Source of the DNA: an uncultured Gemmatimonadales bacterium
Lineage (GTDB): Bacteria > Gemmatimonadota > Gemmatimonadetes > Longimicrobiales > Longimicrobiaceae
Assembly: GCA_963716255.1 (NCBI GenBank)
Contig: OY970303.1
Coordinates: forward strand, 5,600,001-5,664,000
Length of the DNA stretch: 64,000 nt
Reading direction: 5' to 3'
The stretch's first letter is position 1. Each line of letters opens with the position of its first letter. The position numbers were made by a program, and so were the translations under genes. Under the pieces are notes generated by a model. It was given only the letters and a program-made list of their open reading frames with translations. It searched no databases and was not told where the DNA came from. Shown piece after piece: positions 61,538-64,000 of this stretch.

Positions 61538-62416
61538 ATGCTGGACCGCAACCCCTTCAAGGGTCCCACGCCCGATCCCGATGTCCCCGAGCAGGACACG
61601 CCGGGCGTCGAGGCTGCGATGAAGCCCCGCGCCGACCACGGCGAGCACAGCTACGAGGGGAGCGGCCGGCTGGAAGGGCTGTCCGCGATCGTCACGGGGG
61701 GCGACAGCGGCATCGGGCGCGCGGTGGCCATCGCCTTCGCGCGGGAGGGGGCGGACGTCGCCATCGGCTACCTGTCGGAGGAGGAGGACGCCGACGCGCA
61801 GGAGACCCGGAAGTGGGTGGAGAAGGCCGGCCGCCGCTGCATCGTCCACCGCTTCGACGTGCGCGAGTCCGCCGAGTGCAAAGCGTTCGTGGAAAGGGTG
61901 GTGAAGGAGTTCGGCAAGCTGGACGTGCTGGTGAACAACGCCGCCTACCAGATGTCGCAGGAGGGGCTGGAGGACGTCACCGACGAGCAGATCGAGCGGA
62001 CCTTCCGCACCAACATCTTCGGGTACATGTACATGGCCCGGGCCGCGCTGCCGCACCTCAGGGAGGGCTCCGTCATCCTCAACACCGGCTCCGTGGTGGC
62101 GCTCCAGGGCAACCCCATGCTGCTGGACTACGCCGCCACCAAGGGCGCCATCCACGTGTTCAGCATGTCGCTGGCGGACGCCCTCTCGGACCGCGGCATC
62201 CGCGTCAACGTGGTCGCGCCGGGGCCGGTGTGGACGCCGCTCATCCCCAGCACCATGCCCCCGGAGCACGTCAAGAATTTCGGCGAGGACACCTTCTGGA
62301 AGCGCCCCGCGCAGCCGGTGGAGCTCGCCGGCGGCTACGTGTACCTCGCCTCGGCAGACGCGCGCTACGTTTCCGGCGAGGTGCTGGCGATCACCGGCAA
62401 GACCAGCACGCGCTGA
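61538..62416 (+). CDS. SDR oxidoreductase (YghA/YdaD-like)
   Basis: YEGSGRL, TGGDSGIG, NNAAYQ, YAATK, PGPVWTPLI. Confidence 0.92.
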   Translation: MLDRNPFKGPTPDPDVPEQDTPGVEAAMKPRADHGEHSYEGSGRLEGLSAIVTGGDSGIGRAVAIAFAREGADVAIGYLSEEEDADAQETRKWVEKAGRRCIVHRFDVRESAECKAFVERVVKEFGKLDVLVNNAAYQMSQEGLEDVTDEQIERTFRTNIFGYMYMARAALPHLREGSVILNTGSVVALQGNPMLLDYAATKGAIHVFSMSLADALSDRGIRVNVVAPGPVWTPLIPSTMPPEHVKNFGEDTFWKRPAQPVELAGGYVYLASADARYVSGEVLAITGKTSTR

Positions 62417-62430
62417 CGGGGGACGCGCAC

Positions 62431-63405
62431 GTGGCACGCATCGGCTACCACTGCTCCCACGAGCAGTACTCCCCGCGCGACCTGCTCCGCTACGTGCGGC
62501 TGGCGGAGCAGGCGGGGTTCGGGAGCGCCATGTGCTCCGACCACTTCCACCCGTGGACGCCGCAGCAGGGGCACTCCGGCTTCGCCTGGTCGTGGCTGGG
62601 CGCGGCGCTCCAGGCCACCTCCCTGCCGTTCGGGGTGGTGACGGTGCCGGGCGGGTGGCGCTACCACCCGGCCATCGTCGCGCAGGCCGCCGCCACGCTG
62701 GCGCAGATGTTCCCCGGGCGCTTCTGGATCGCGCCGGGGAGCGGCGAGGCGCTCAACGAGCACGTCGTGGGGCGCCACTGGCCGGACAAGGGGGAGCGCA
62801 ACGCACGGCTCCGCGAGGCGTGCGACATCATCCGCGCCCTGTGGGCCGGGGAAACCGTGACCCGGCACGACCTGATCCCCACGGAGGACGCGAAGCTGTA
62901 CACGCTCCCCCCGGAGCCCCCGCTGATCGTGGGCGCCGCGCTCTCGCCCGAGACGGCGCGCTGGATGGGCGGGTGGGCCGACGGGCTGATCACCGTGGTG
63001 GGAGAGCGCGAGTCCATGCAGCGGATCGTGGATGCCTTCCGCGAGGGAGGCGGGGAGGGGAAGCCGCTCTTTTTGCAGGCGCAGCTCGCCTGGGCGCCGG
63101 ACGAGGCGACCGCGCTGGACGAGGCGCACGAGCAGTGGGGAGCGGTGCAGTTCCCCAGCGCGGTGCTGGCGGCGCTGCGCATGCCCGAGGACTTCGCGGC
63201 GGCCGGCGAGTACGCGCGCAGGGAGGACATCCGCGGCAAGGTGCGCGTGTCGGCCGACCCGGAGCGGCACCTGGAGTGGCTGCTGGGCGACGTGGAGATG
63301 GGGTTCGAGGAGATCAACCTGCACGGCATTCCGCGGAGCACGCAGGAAAGGTTCATCGAGATCTTCGGCGAGCGCGTGCTCCCGGAGCTGGCGAAGGCGG
63401 GGTGA
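62431..63405 (+). CDS. LLM-class flavin-dependent oxidoreductase (TIGR03885/TIGR03557-like)
   Basis: IGYHCSHEQ, SDHFHPW, RYHPAIVAQAAATL, GSGEALNE. Confidence 0.88.
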   Translation: MARIGYHCSHEQYSPRDLLRYVRLAEQAGFGSAMCSDHFHPWTPQQGHSGFAWSWLGAALQATSLPFGVVTVPGGWRYHPAIVAQAAATLAQMFPGRFWIAPGSGEALNEHVVGRHWPDKGERNARLREACDIIRALWAGETVTRHDLIPTEDAKLYTLPPEPPLIVGAALSPETARWMGGWADGLITVVGERESMQRIVDAFREGGGEGKPLFLQAQLAWAPDEATALDEAHEQWGAVQFPSAVLAALRMPEDFAAAGEYARREDIRGKVRVSADPERHLEWLLGDVEMGFEEINLHGIPRSTQERFIEIFGERVLPELAKAG

Positions 63406-63428
63406 CCCGCACCGGTGGAGGCGGCCCT

Positions 63429-64000
63429 ATGAAGCAGGGATACGCGTGGTGGCAGCGGGGGATCGTGTACCAAGTGTACCCGCGCTCCTTCCAGGACTCG
63501 GACGGGGACGGCGTGGGCGACCTGCGGGGGATCACCGCGCGCCTGGACCACCTGCGCTGGCTGGGGGTGGACGCGGTGTGGATCTCGCCCGTCTTCCCCT
63601 CGCCGATGGCCGACTTCGGCTACGACGTGTCGGACTACTGCGGGATCCACCCGCTCTTCGGCACGCTGGACGACTTCGACCGGCTGCTGGCGGAGGCGCA
63701 CGGGCGCGGGCTGCGGGTGATCCTGGACTTCGTCCCCAACCACACGTCCCACCTGCATCCCTGGTTCCTGGAGTCCCGCGCCTCGCGCGACCATCCCAGG
63801 CGCGACTGGTACGTGTGGCGCGACCCGGCGCCGGACGGCGGCCCGCCCAACAACTGGCTTTCCAACTTCGGCGGGCCTGGGTGGACGCTGGACGAGGCGA
63901 CGGGGCAGTACTACTACCACGCCTTCCTGGCCGAGCAGCCGGACCTGAACTGGCGCAACCCGGAGGTGGTGGAGGCCATGCTGGGGGTGCTGCGCTTCTG
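63429..64000 (+). CDS. GH13 alpha-glucosidase (runs off the window end)
   Basis: WWQRGIVYQVYPRSFQDSDGDGVGDL, DFGYDVSDY, DFVPNHTS, QPDLNW. Confidence 0.92.
   Translation, partial: MKQGYAWWQRGIVYQVYPRSFQDSDGDGVGDLRGITARLDHLRWLGVDAVWISPVFPSPMADFGYDVSDYCGIHPLFGTLDDFDRLLAEAHGRGLRVILDFVPNHTSHLHPWFLESRASRDHPRRDWYVWRDPAPDGGPPNNWLSNFGGPGWTLDEATGQYYYHAFLAEQPDLNWRNPEVVEAMLGVLRF

Overview
High-GC bacterial chromosomal segment from a diderm (Tol-Pal operon present). Gene content and style suggest Gemmatimonadota, possibly Longimicrobium-like; this is inference only. Housekeeping and envelope genes include an ABC ATPase with a permease-M1 aminopeptidase fusion, a LysM protein, ccsA-sirC-hemA running into tolQRA-tolB-pal-cpoB, a TPM/nucleotidyltransferase/lemA trio, a degenerate M16 pair, an M23 peptidase, metG, a PSP1/RicT protein, accA, dnaE, deoC, an orphan C-A-T NRPS module, an M28 peptidase, an SDR, an LLM oxidoreductase and a GH13. 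One IS630 element sits in a stop codon. Two signals stand out. (1) A candidate peptide-signalling or multi-core peptide system at 57.1-61.3 kb: three tandem lipoprotein precursors carry 13 nonapeptide cores (GGxTxGSGN-type, mostly Arg-flanked) and converge on a TPR-like helical protein whose C-terminal ~60% shares the low GC of the peptide genes. A second, single-core peptide/TPR pair of the same design lies at 35.1-36.6 kb. (2) A ~135-bp structured intergenic repeat occurs 12 times with extensive compensatory covariation and forms mosaics with two other repeat families. All product calls come from motif recognition, not database searches.
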